A stretch of 64,000 nt of DNA, from contig SVST01000014.1 in NCBI GenBank assembly GCA_015064155.1, positions 5,003-69,002 on the forward strand, read 5' to 3'. The DNA is from Oscillospiraceae bacterium (GTDB lineage: Bacteria > Bacillota > Clostridia > Oscillospirales > CAG-272). Below are positions 27,222 through 36,308 of this stretch, piece after piece; the stretch's first letter is position 1, and each line of letters begins with the position of its first letter. A program made the translations under genes and the position numbers. The notes under the pieces were generated by a model. That model saw nothing but the letters and a program-made list of their open reading frames with translations, made no database searches and was not told the DNA's origin.

Positions 27222-29474
27222 ATGGCGGAGATGTTTGACGAAGGCTTTATGCGCGAGGCGATGGACGATACGGGCTTGTTGCAGCTATCGGGCAGCATCG
27301 AGCACGTGATCTTTTCCAATGAGGAAAACGGTTTTGCCATTTGCGACCTCGGAACCGATACCGATGATTTGATTACGATTACCGGTATTTTGCCCTATAT
27401 CGGTGAGGGGGATCAGGTAACCGTATTTGGCAGATGGGTACATAATCCGAAGTACGGACGCCAGTTTAAGGTGGAGCGCGCCGAAAAGCAACTTCCTGCC
27501 GACCGTGCGTCGATTTTGCGCTATCTTGCATCGGGCAGTATCAAGGGCATCGGACCGAAAACGGCACAGCGCATTGTGGATGAATTCGGAGATGAAGCTT
27601 TTGACGTGATCGAAAACCATCCCGATTGGCTGGCGGAAATTCACGGAATTACCCTCAAAAAAGCGCGGGCGATTTCCGAGGATTTCAAAAACAAGGCGGG
27701 TATTCGCTCGGCAATGCTGTTCTTTCGGGAATATTTCGGTGCCGCGATGACGGTTCGCATCTATAAAAAGTGGGGTGCAAACGCGGTCGATCTGGCAAAG
27801 AAAAATCCCTATCTTCTGTGCGAGGAGATCGAGGGCATCGGCTTTGAACGTGCCGACCGTATGGCGGTACAGCTGGGGCTTGATTTGCATTCGATGGAGC
27901 GTCTTTCGGGCGGTGTTCGCTATTTGCTCAGTACAAACGCGGGGCAAAACGGACACGTGTGTCTGCCGCGTGAAAAGCTTGCGGCAAGTGCCGCACGACT
28001 GTTGGACACCTCCCCCGAGCTTGTCGAGGAGGCAATTTCCGGGCTTTTGAAGGAGCAGAAGATCCGCACGGTCAATTTTGACGGAGTTCCGTTTTTGTAT
28101 GACCGATATCTTTATGAAAACGAAAAATACATTGCGCAAAAGTTGATTTTATTGGATAAGGTATGTCCCGCGATGGACACCGCCAATATCGGCTCGTTTA
28201 TCCAAAAGGAAGAGAGGGATAGCGGGGTACGGTATGCAGAGCTTCAACGGAAAGCGATCTTTGACGCGCTGGAAAACGGCGTGATGCTGCTGACGGGCGG
28301 TCCCGGAACCGGAAAAACCACTGTTGTTCGCGCGTTGCTGCATATCTTTGACAGCATGGGAATGAAGATTGCCTTGTGCGCACCGACGGGGCGCGCGGCA
28401 AAGCGGCTGTCCGAGTCTACCTCCTGCGAGGCAAAGACCATCCACCGGTTGCTGGAATACGGAGGAGAAGAGGGACAGTCGGTGCGCTTTCACCGTGATG
28501 AAAAAAATCTGCTTGACGAGAACGTCATCATCATAGACGAGGCGTCCATGGTTGATAACAATCTGATGAGCGCGCTTTTGAAGGCAGTGAAGCCGGGCGC
28601 GCGGGTCATTATCATCGGGGATTCGGATCAGCTTCCGTCGGTGGGAGCAGGAAACGTATTGCGGGATCTCTTGGAGAGCGAACGCTTTGCAACCGTACGC
28701 TTGAACGAAATTTTTCGGCAGGCGCAAAAAAGCCTGATCGTCACAAACGCGCATGCCATCAATCACGGAGAGATGCCGCGCCTTGACGTCAAGGATAACG
28801 ACTTCTTTTTCTTGCCGCGCGAAACCGACCGAGAGATCGCGCAAACCGTGGCAGATCTTTATCGGAGCCGTCTTCCGAGAACGTACGGCGAGATGGCAGT
28901 GAACGGAACGCAGGTGATTTCGCCCTCCCGAAAGGGCGAAACGGGAACAGAAAACCTGAACGTCGTTTTGCAAAACGCGCTCAATCCGCCGTGCGACGGA
29001 AAGCGCGAGCACCGATTCCGCGAAACGGTTTTTCGCGAGGGGGATCGCGTGATGCAGATTCGCAACAATTACGATTTGACGTGGACGAAGACGGACGGCA
29101 GTACGGGCACGGGGCTTTTCAACGGTGATATCGGGGTGATCGAGCGTATCAACCATGCCGCTGAAAATATGGAAATCCGCTTTGACGACCGAACCTTTGT
29201 GTATGAGTTCAATATGCTGGATGAGCTTGAAATGGCGTATGCCGTGACGGTTCATAAAAGCCAGGGCAGTGAATATCCCATCGTGATTCTCCCCATGGGG
29301 AGTGCTTCACCGATGCTGCTCTCCCGAAATTTACTGTACACGGCGGTTACACGGGCGCAAAACATGGTGATTTTGGTTGGACGCGAGGAGATCGCGAGAA
29401 CGATGGTTGAGAACAACCGTCAATCGATGCGCTATACCGGTCTTTTGTATTGGCTGGAGGATAAGACGTCGTGA
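27222..29474 (+). CDS. recD2: RecD2-type SF1B ATP-dependent DNA helicase
   Basis: ATG at 27222 after an AAAGGAG SD. Walker A GGPGTGKTT, Walker B IIIDEASMV, SVGAGNVLRD, and C-terminal AVTVHKSQGSEY. Confidence 0.85.
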   Translation: MAEMFDEGFMREAMDDTGLLQLSGSIEHVIFSNEENGFAICDLGTDTDDLITITGILPYIGEGDQVTVFGRWVHNPKYGRQFKVERAEKQLPADRASILRYLASGSIKGIGPKTAQRIVDEFGDEAFDVIENHPDWLAEIHGITLKKARAISEDFKNKAGIRSAMLFFREYFGAAMTVRIYKKWGANAVDLAKKNPYLLCEEIEGIGFERADRMAVQLGLDLHSMERLSGGVRYLLSTNAGQNGHVCLPREKLAASAARLLDTSPELVEEAISGLLKEQKIRTVNFDGVPFLYDRYLYENEKYIAQKLILLDKVCPAMDTANIGSFIQKEERDSGVRYAELQRKAIFDALENGVMLLTGGPGTGKTTVVRALLHIFDSMGMKIALCAPTGRAAKRLSESTSCEAKTIHRLLEYGGEEGQSVRFHRDEKNLLDENVIIIDEASMVDNNLMSALLKAVKPGARVIIIGDSDQLPSVGAGNVLRDLLESERFATVRLNEIFRQAQKSLIVTNAHAINHGEMPRLDVKDNDFFFLPRETDREIAQTVADLYRSRLPRTYGEMAVNGTQVISPSRKGETGTENLNVVLQNALNPPCDGKREHRFRETVFREGDRVMQIRNNYDLTWTKTDGSTGTGLFNGDIGVIERINHAAENMEIRFDDRTFVYEFNMLDELEMAYAVTVHKSQGSEYPIVILPMGSASPMLLSRNLLYTAVTRAQNMVILVGREEIARTMVENNRQSMRYTGLLYWLEDKTS

Positions 29475-30208
29475 AACGGGGACTTTGGAAGCGAATCTTA
29501 TTTCCGCCGAAATGTGCCGCATGCCGTGTGTTGATCGATTGGTACGACGGGGATTTGGGGCTTTGCGAGGACTGCATAAAAGGTTGGGAGCTTGCAAAGC
29601 GCGAACCATGCAGCATCTGCGGCGAAGCGGTCAGCCGATGCCTTTGTATGACCGAGGAAATGAAACGCGCGAAATGTGCCGATTTCAGAAAGCTGACCTA
29701 CTATTATCACGCAACGCGCGACCGCGTACAAAATCGCGTGCTGTATGCAATTAAGGAGAACCGTACGCAGGCGACGCACGATTTTTTGGCGCTTGAGCTC
29801 TTGCCGCATCTGCAGGCAGTGATCGACGGCAAGCCGAATGGGGATTTTTGCATCGTATGGTTGCCGCGAAGCCGCGAGGCTAAGAAAAAGTACGACACCG
29901 ATCAAGCCGAGCAGCTGGCGTATGCGCTTTCCCGTCTGAGTGGAATTTCTGCCGTGCGGGCACTGAAGCGCGTGGGCGGAACGGTGCAAAAGGACCTTTC
30001 TGCCAACGCACGGAGCAAAAACGCAAAGCAATCTTTCGCACTGTGCGAATCGGTTGATCTTTGCGGGAAAACCGTTATTTTGGTGGACGATTTGGTTACA
30101 ACGGGGTCGGGTATGGCAGCCGGAGCAAGGCTTTTGCGGAAAAACGGAGCCGCTTTGGTTCATTGCATTGCCGTGGCAAGTGACGATTTGAATCGGGAGC
30201 TTTCTTGA
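29471..30208 (+). CDS. comFC: ComF family protein (ComFC-like zinc finger plus phosphoribosyltransferase fold)
   Basis: N-terminal CxxC...CxxC pairs and the C-terminal PRTase motif VILVDDLVTTGS. GTGA overlap with recD2. Confidence 0.8.
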   Translation: MKRGLWKRILFPPKCAACRVLIDWYDGDLGLCEDCIKGWELAKREPCSICGEAVSRCLCMTEEMKRAKCADFRKLTYYYHATRDRVQNRVLYAIKENRTQATHDFLALELLPHLQAVIDGKPNGDFCIVWLPRSREAKKKYDTDQAEQLAYALSRLSGISAVRALKRVGGTVQKDLSANARSKNAKQSFALCESVDLCGKTVILVDDLVTTGSGMAAGARLLRKNGAALVHCIAVASDDLNRELS

Positions 30209-30324
30209 TTTTTGCTTGATCGGTTGCTTTTTGGCATAAAAATCTTCTTTTTGTCAGAAAAAGATTGATTTTTGCGAATAAATCATGTATAATGAGGGTG
30301 AAGAATGTGAAAGGAGGCTTTGTG

Positions 30325-31452
30325 ATGTCGGGAAACGGAAAAAAGACGGTCAAAAAGGGAAATAACAGCAGTGGGACAGCGAAAAACGGCGGCGCAAAGG
30401 GACTTCTTTCTCGCTTCCGCAATCTGCAATTTAACCGCAATATCGGAATTGACCTGGGAACGGCAACCGTTCTTGTGTACGTGCAGGGAAAGGGCATCGT
30501 TTTGGAGGAGCCTTCCGTGGTTGCCATCGACACCACCACCGACCGTATTTTAAAGGTTGGAACCGAGGCGCAGCAAATGCTGGGAAGAACCCCGGGTAAT
30601 ATCGTTGCCGTTCGTCCCTTGCGTGACGGCGTTATCAGCCAATACGAGGTCACGCTGAAAATGATTCAGTATTTTATCCGACGTGCTTGCGGAAATATGT
30701 TTTTTCAACCGCGCGTCATGATCTGTATTCCGTCGGGCATTACCGAGGTTGAGGAGCGCGCCGTACGCGATGCGGCACACGAGGCGGGCGCACAAAAGGT
30801 CTATTTGATCGAAGAGCCCACCGCTGCGGCAATCGGTGCAGGACTTGATATTTATGCACCGAACGGAAATATGGTGATCGATATCGGCGGCGGAACCACC
30901 GATATTGCCGTGCTTTCCTTGGGCGGTGTCGTGGTGTCCGAATCGATTAAGATCGCGGGGGATAAATTTGACGAAGCCATTATGAGCTACGTTCGTCGCA
31001 AGTACCGTGTTCTGATCGGGGAGAGAACCGCAGAGGCACTCAAAAAGCGCATTGGCGCGGTGTACGATCATCCGGAACCGAAATACGTGGAGGTTAAGGG
31101 TCGCTGTATGACGCAGGGACTTCCGAAGCTGATTACCCTCAGCTCGCGCGAGATGATAGAAGCCTTGGCAGAACCGATCAGTGCCATTTTGAATGCGATT
31201 TGTATGGTGATTGAGCGCACACCTCCCGAGCTTTTGGGCGATATTCTGCGCAACGGAATCGTGATGACGGGCGGCGGCAGTATGCTGTATGGCTTTGATC
31301 AGCTGGTGACCCGTGCCACGGGAATCAAGACCCGCGTGGCAGAGGATGCGGTATCCTGCGTTGCGATCGGAACCGGTAAATCCCTCGATCATTTGGATAT
31401 GCTGCGCGAGGGAACCATCAATCTTTCCAATGAGCGAAAGATTCGTTTGTAA
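30325..31452 (+). CDS. mreB: Rod-shape determining protein MreB/Mbl with a Lys/Gly-rich N-terminal extension
   Basis: ATG at 30325 after an AAAGGAGG SD. IGIDLGTATVLVY, EEPTAAAIGAG, DIGGGTTDIAV. Confidence 0.9.
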   Translation: MSGNGKKTVKKGNNSSGTAKNGGAKGLLSRFRNLQFNRNIGIDLGTATVLVYVQGKGIVLEEPSVVAIDTTTDRILKVGTEAQQMLGRTPGNIVAVRPLRDGVISQYEVTLKMIQYFIRRACGNMFFQPRVMICIPSGITEVEERAVRDAAHEAGAQKVYLIEEPTAAAIGAGLDIYAPNGNMVIDIGGGTTDIAVLSLGGVVVSESIKIAGDKFDEAIMSYVRRKYRVLIGERTAEALKKRIGAVYDHPEPKYVEVKGRCMTQGLPKLITLSSREMIEALAEPISAILNAICMVIERTPPELLGDILRNGIVMTGGGSMLYGFDQLVTRATGIKTRVAEDAVSCVAIGTGKSLDHLDMLREGTINLSNERKIRL

Positions 31453-31475
31453 TACCATTTACAAGAGGTATGAAC

Positions 31476-32915
31476 ATGGAATATGTAGTCAAAGGGCGGA
31501 ACCCAAGTTCGGTGTTCCGCTTTTTTGAGGAGATCAGCGCAATTCCGCGCCCCTCCTATCATGAAGCGAGCATTGCCGATTATCTTTGCGCGTTTGCAAA
31601 AACGCGCGGGCTGGAATGCTACCGCGACGAGCTTCACAACGTATTGATGAAGGCACCTGCGACCAAAGGGCAGGAGCACCGTGCCCCGATCCTTTTTCAA
31701 GGGCATACCGATATGGTATGTGAGAAAAACGGGGACGTGGAGCATGACTTTCTCAAGGATCCGTTACACTTGCGTGTAGAGGGGGATCTTCTGCGCGCAA
31801 CGGGTACCACACTGGGCGCGGACAACGGGATCGCGGTTGCCATGATGCTGGCTCTTTTGGACGGAGCCGTTGCCGAGCATCCCCCCATTGAATGTCTGTT
31901 TACCGTGTCCGAGGAAACCGGCATGGAGGGCGTTAACGGATTTGATTACAGCCGCATCACGGCATCACGGCTGGTCAATTTGGACAGCGAGCGCTTGGGG
32001 TGCGTAACGGCGGGCTGCGCGGGAGGAATCCGATCGGATCTTTCGCTTTCGTATACGGAAGAGCCCTTTGCGGGCTGTGCGATATCCTTGCGCATCGGCG
32101 GCTTGATCGGAGGACACTCGGGTGAGCATATCGACAAGGGGCGTGCCAACGCAAACAAGCTGATGGGTCGGTTGCTGAGCACCTTACTTGCCAAAACCGA
32201 TGCGCGGATTCTTTGCGTAGAGGGCGGCTCCAAGACCAATGCCATTCCGCGTGAATGCCGCGTAACGCTTGCGGTTTCGGATGTGGATGCCGCGAGCGAG
32301 ATCCTTTTGACAGAAGCCGAAAGGATTGCAAGCGAGCTTATACCCGAGGATCGCGGCTTTTGCGTGACCGTGGAGGATTGCGAGCCCGAGCCCATGATGC
32401 TCAGCCGTGCCGATACCTTACGGGTTGCCACCGTGCTGGCTTGCACGGCAAATGGGGTTCTTGCCATGAATCGGGACGTGGAGGGCTTGGTGGAATATTC
32501 CCGTAATTTGGGTGTCGTATCCACCGAGGATGGAAAAATCTCCTTTGCTTTTTCTACGCGCTCATCGATGGACAGCCGTTTGGACGCGTCGGTTGCCGAG
32601 CTTGACCTGCTGGCTCGCACGGTTGGTGCGGAAGCGGTTCATCACGGCAGATATCCGGGCTGGTCGTATGCAATCGATTCTCCTTTGCGTGAATCGTATT
32701 GCGCGGCATACCGAGAGGTGACGGGACACGAGGCACAGGTCAACGTGATCCATGCAGGCTTGGAATGCGGCGTGATTTGCTCGAAGCTGCCGCGCATGGA
32801 TGCGATTTCCATCGGACCTACGATGTTTAACATTCATTCTCCGGACGAAGCCTTGAGCCTTTCGGATACCGAAGCGTTTTGGAAGACGCTGGTGAAGCTC
32901 ATAGAAATACTGTAA
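31476..32915 (+). CDS. pepD: Aminoacyl-histidine (Xaa-His) dipeptidase PepD, M20 family
   Basis: FxxISxIPRPSYHE, GHTDMV, LGADNGIAVA, FTVSEETGMEG. The second ATG (31476) has better SD spacing than 31470. Confidence 0.85.
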   Translation: MEYVVKGRNPSSVFRFFEEISAIPRPSYHEASIADYLCAFAKTRGLECYRDELHNVLMKAPATKGQEHRAPILFQGHTDMVCEKNGDVEHDFLKDPLHLRVEGDLLRATGTTLGADNGIAVAMMLALLDGAVAEHPPIECLFTVSEETGMEGVNGFDYSRITASRLVNLDSERLGCVTAGCAGGIRSDLSLSYTEEPFAGCAISLRIGGLIGGHSGEHIDKGRANANKLMGRLLSTLLAKTDARILCVEGGSKTNAIPRECRVTLAVSDVDAASEILLTEAERIASELIPEDRGFCVTVEDCEPEPMMLSRADTLRVATVLACTANGVLAMNRDVEGLVEYSRNLGVVSTEDGKISFAFSTRSSMDSRLDASVAELDLLARTVGAEAVHHGRYPGWSYAIDSPLRESYCAAYREVTGHEAQVNVIHAGLECGVICSKLPRMDAISIGPTMFNIHSPDEALSLSDTEAFWKTLVKLIEIL

Positions 32916-33175
32916 ACAGACACAAAACGAAGCAGAGCAAGATTATGAGGAGTTCTCCTTGTAGTCTTGCTTCTCCTTTACCATTATCAAGTGAAAGCGT
33001 CTGCTGCACTGCAGGCTCGTACGTATATTGCAATTGCCGTTGTGGGAATTGCCGTGGCAGCTTTTCATTATCTGTATTTCAAAAAACGAAAAGATTACTT
33101 TGTGTGATAAGAAAAGGCTTGCACTTTCGGGGCAGCTGCATGTAATGCAGAACCCAAACACACGGAAATCATCGA

Positions 33176-33228
33176 AAAAAGAAACACCGTTTTCGTTATC
33201 AAGAAATTGATAGGAAAGCGGTGTTTTT
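33176..33228. terminator. Bidirectional intrinsic terminator
   Basis: aaaaaagaaacaccg...cggtgtttttt lies between the pepD region and the convergent AraC gene. Confidence 0.6.
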
Positions 33229-33248
33229 TGGTGGAAGGTTGGCGAATT

Positions 33249-34124
33249 TTACACGTTCGTTTTTCCCTTTGTTTGATTTGCTTCTTTCCGATACTGCGTG
33301 GGCGTGATACCGTATGCTTTTCGAAACAGAGCGTAAAAATAGGTTTCGTATTCGTATCCGACCTCTCGTGCAATTTCTCCGATCTCCATTTTCGTATAGC
33401 GAAGTAACATGCAGGCAGCCGAAAGGCGGTGTCGGTTCAAAAGCTCCGATAGGGTACAGCCGTATTCTTTGTTCAGGATGCGGCTGATCTGCTTGGGGCA
33501 GAGGAACAAAACGCGCGAAAGATCGGCAAGACGTACGGTTTCCGTATAATGCTGAGCGATGTATTGGTCGATGGTGTTGACGTGTCTGCCGTATTTTTCG
33601 GTTGTACCTACGGGCTCTGTCTGCTCGGGTGACAGGCGGGAAATCAGCTCGGAAAATAAGAGTGTCAACAGATGCGGAAGATCGGCACTACCCGTGCTGA
33701 CCGACAGCGCGCGAGCAATATGCGTGATATAAAAATGCTCGTCTTCCGACAAGGGAAGCGCAGTTTCTTTCGTCGAAAGTACCTCGGAAAGCACCTCATA
33801 CGAGCTGTTGGCTTCATGCGGCTTCTCTATGGAAAAATAGAGATAACAGCCACTGCAATCCTTGTCTGCCGTAACGTAATGATCGAGCTGCGGCGGAATG
33901 ATCAAAAGCGAATCGGTGTAGGTTCGGTTTTCGGTCAGGGTGTGGAGCGTGATCGAGCCGTGTTCTACCAAAAAAAGCTCGTAATCGTTGTGCCGGTGCA
34001 CGGTTTTGAGCTGTGCGGGCAGCGAGTTCGGCAGGTTGCTCGGCGAAAGACGAAACGAGTTTTTCCATACCGTTATTTTCAGTGAAACGACTGCACATTG
34101 AATTGAAAATCCAAGCTCTTGCAT
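33249..34124 (-). CDS. AraC/XylS family transcriptional regulator (cupin plus HTH)
   Basis: ATG at 34124 after an AAAGGAG SD. The C-terminus IAREVGYEYETYFYALFRKAYGITPTQYRK is an AraC HTH. Confidence 0.8.
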   Translation of the reverse strand: MQELGFSIQCAVVSLKITVWKNSFRLSPSNLPNSLPAQLKTVHRHNDYELFLVEHGSITLHTLTENRTYTDSLLIIPPQLDHYVTADKDCSGCYLYFSIEKPHEANSSYEVLSEVLSTKETALPLSEDEHFYITHIARALSVSTGSADLPHLLTLLFSELISRLSPEQTEPVGTTEKYGRHVNTIDQYIAQHYTETVRLADLSRVLFLCPKQISRILNKEYGCTLSELLNRHRLSAACMLLRYTKMEIGEIAREVGYEYETYFYALFRKAYGITPTQYRKEANQTKGKTNV

Positions 34125-34275
34125 GGGGGTGCTCCTTTTTGCGACGTTTTTTCTATTATACCTCATAGGTTCTCAAAAAGCAAGACGAATTATAAAAAAA
34201 GGACATTTTTTGGCGGAAATGTCTTGGTAAATGATTGACTTTTGGAGGGAGTGACTTTATAATAAGGACATCTTT

Positions 34276-34989
34276 GTGAAAAGGAGAAATTGTGCTTTGA
34301 AACGAAAAAACGATCTGTTCGACTACCTGCTGATGGCTTCCGTGGCGATTTTGATTATCGTGTTTGCGGTCTTACGCGAGCAAACGCTCTTGAAAACGCT
34401 TCCCACGCTGATTACACTGGCGGTGCAGATGTTGCTTGTAAAAGCCAATCGATACGCATTTCTATTGGGCGGCGCAAATGCGCTGCTGTACGGTATTTCT
34501 TATTGGTCGGAGGGGCTTTATTTCTCCTTGGTTTCAGCGGTGGTGATCTCGGCACCGATTCAGTTTTATTCCTTTTTCGTTTGGAGCAAAAATAAGGACC
34601 GATCGCGCCCCGAATTAAAGGTGCTTGGAATCAAGCGGCTGTTGCCCGTGCTGGCGGTCAGCCTATTGGGCTGGGTGGCTTGCTACTTCGGTCTGTCGCG
34701 ATTTTTCGCGGGACAGTCTTATCCGTTGATTGACACCTATATTTTCGCAATGTCGATTACGGTTTCGATCCTTGCCGCGCGGCAGTTTGTGGATTCGCAA
34801 TACATCAACGCTGTGTCCTCAATTCTCTCACTCATGCTTTGGATTCTTCTGACACTCAAGGATCCCGCCAACTTCAATTACGTCATCATTGCGTCCTATA
34901 ATCTGTTCCGCATTGTGCAGGCGGCGGTTACGTGGACGAAAAAATATCTGGAAAATCAAAAAACAACCGCAAAGGAGAATGGTTTATGA
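34276..34989 (+). CDS. PnuC-like (nicotinamide riboside transporter family) membrane protein; start uncertain (34276 GTG / 34297 TTG)
   Basis: About 7 TM segments. The KANRYAFLLG, YF and FFVWSKNK patterns resemble PnuC. Divergent from the AraC gene. Confidence 0.5.
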   Translation: MKRRNCALKRKNDLFDYLLMASVAILIIVFAVLREQTLLKTLPTLITLAVQMLLVKANRYAFLLGGANALLYGISYWSEGLYFSLVSAVVISAPIQFYSFFVWSKNKDRSRPELKVLGIKRLLPVLAVSLLGWVACYFGLSRFFAGQSYPLIDTYIFAMSITVSILAARQFVDSQYINAVSSILSLMLWILLTLKDPANFNYVIIASYNLFRIVQAAVTWTKKYLENQKTTAKENGL

Positions 34990-36047
34990 AGATTCGTTTG
35001 ACCCATCAGCTGCCCCCGCAAAAGGACAATCCCAGAAACAGTGAGGGAGCTTTTTTGAGAGGAAAAAACGGGGAGATTCTGTTCGCGTACAGCCGTTATC
35101 ATGGGGATAGCAGCCATGACCATGCGACTTGCAATATTGCCCTGATCGTGTCGCACGACGAGGGAGAGAGCTGGAGTGAACCGCGCCTGATCGCGCGGGC
35201 CGCCGAGTTTGGCACGGACAATATCATGAGTGTTTCCGCCGTGGAACAGAAAAACGGGGATCTTGCATTTTATTTTCTGATCAAGGAGAACGACCTGAAC
35301 GCCACGCTCGGAAGAGTGATCTCCTCGGACGGCGTAAATTGGACAAGCGAGCGCTGTATCTGCAATTGCCCCAAAGCCTACTACGTGGTAAACAATGACC
35401 GCATCGTGCGTTTGTCGGACGGCAGATTGCTTGCGCCGACAGCGTTTTGCACGAATGAGGAGATCTTTTTGCACGGCAGCCGCCACATGTCGGCAACGAT
35501 TCTGGTTTCCGAGGATGACGGTGCAAGCTTTTTCCTCTCCGAGCAGACCTTCCGCCTGCCAAATCCGGGTGACTGGGCGCGCGGCTATGAAGAGCCGGGA
35601 ATCATTGAATACAACGATCGGTTGTATTATTGGATCCGTACCTATCTCGGCAGACAGTACGAAACCGAATCGAGGGAGGGTATCAACGGCTTTTTCGATC
35701 CTCGCCCGAGCGAGTTTACCTCTCCCAATTCTCCCATGCAGATCAAGAGCTTTGACGGAGTAGCCTACGCGCTCTACAACCCCGTTCCGCGCTATGACGG
35801 CAGAGTTGAGCTCGAGGGCTCGTGGGGACGCACGCCGTTTGTGTTGCGAAAGAGCCTTGACGACGGCAAGACGTGGGGGACGTTGAACGTGATTGAGGAT
35901 GACCCCGCGCGCGGCTATTGCTATCCCGCCGTGTTCAAAACGCGCGATAACTGTCTGCTTCTCGGCTATTGCCGCGGAAATGCGGAGGATGGGAATACGC
36001 TGTGCCGTCTTGGAATTGCAAAAATAGAGATCGAATCGATTGAATGA
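34986..36047 (+). CDS. BNR/Asp-box repeat protein, sialidase-like six-bladed propeller (cytoplasmic, no signal peptide)
   Basis: ATGA overlap with the transporter gene. Asp-boxes SHDEGESW, SEDDGASF, SLDDGKTW. N-terminal RNSEGAF. Confidence 0.65.
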   Translation: MKIRLTHQLPPQKDNPRNSEGAFLRGKNGEILFAYSRYHGDSSHDHATCNIALIVSHDEGESWSEPRLIARAAEFGTDNIMSVSAVEQKNGDLAFYFLIKENDLNATLGRVISSDGVNWTSERCICNCPKAYYVVNNDRIVRLSDGRLLAPTAFCTNEEIFLHGSRHMSATILVSEDDGASFFLSEQTFRLPNPGDWARGYEEPGIIEYNDRLYYWIRTYLGRQYETESREGINGFFDPRPSEFTSPNSPMQIKSFDGVAYALYNPVPRYDGRVELEGSWGRTPFVLRKSLDDGKTWGTLNVIEDDPARGYCYPAVFKTRDNCLLLGYCRGNAEDGNTLCRLGIAKIEIESIE

Positions 36048-36069
36048 GCCGTTAAAGGTCGGCTTCAAA

Positions 36070-36118
36070 AAGGGCAGAGAAATCCGAAAAAGAAGGATTT
36101 CTCTGCCTTTCTCGTTTT
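36070..36118 (+). terminator. Intrinsic terminator
   Basis: aagggcagagaaatcc-gaaaaagaa-ggatttctctgccttt, followed by a T-rich tract. Confidence 0.7.
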
Positions 36119-36308
36119 TGCAAAAAAATGCAGGTTTAACAAACTTTTTTGTCAAAAAGTTGTTGACAAAATGCAACTTTTGTATTATAATAATTTCGTT
36201 TCATATGCCGAATGTGCGGTTTTTTTGGGATGGTTTTGCAATTTTGTGAAATTCTTGTCAATCAAACTTGCAAATTTCCCGGCACAATTCATAGGAGGAT
36301 TCATAATT

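Noticed and set aside
32879-33145. 88-aa Cys-rich ORF (…CCTAGSYVYCNCRCGNCRGS…) as a possible RiPP precursor.
   Set aside because: The internal ATG has no SD and there are no maturation genes nearby. The alternative frame gives a much more protein-like TM peptide, which is reported separately at low interest.
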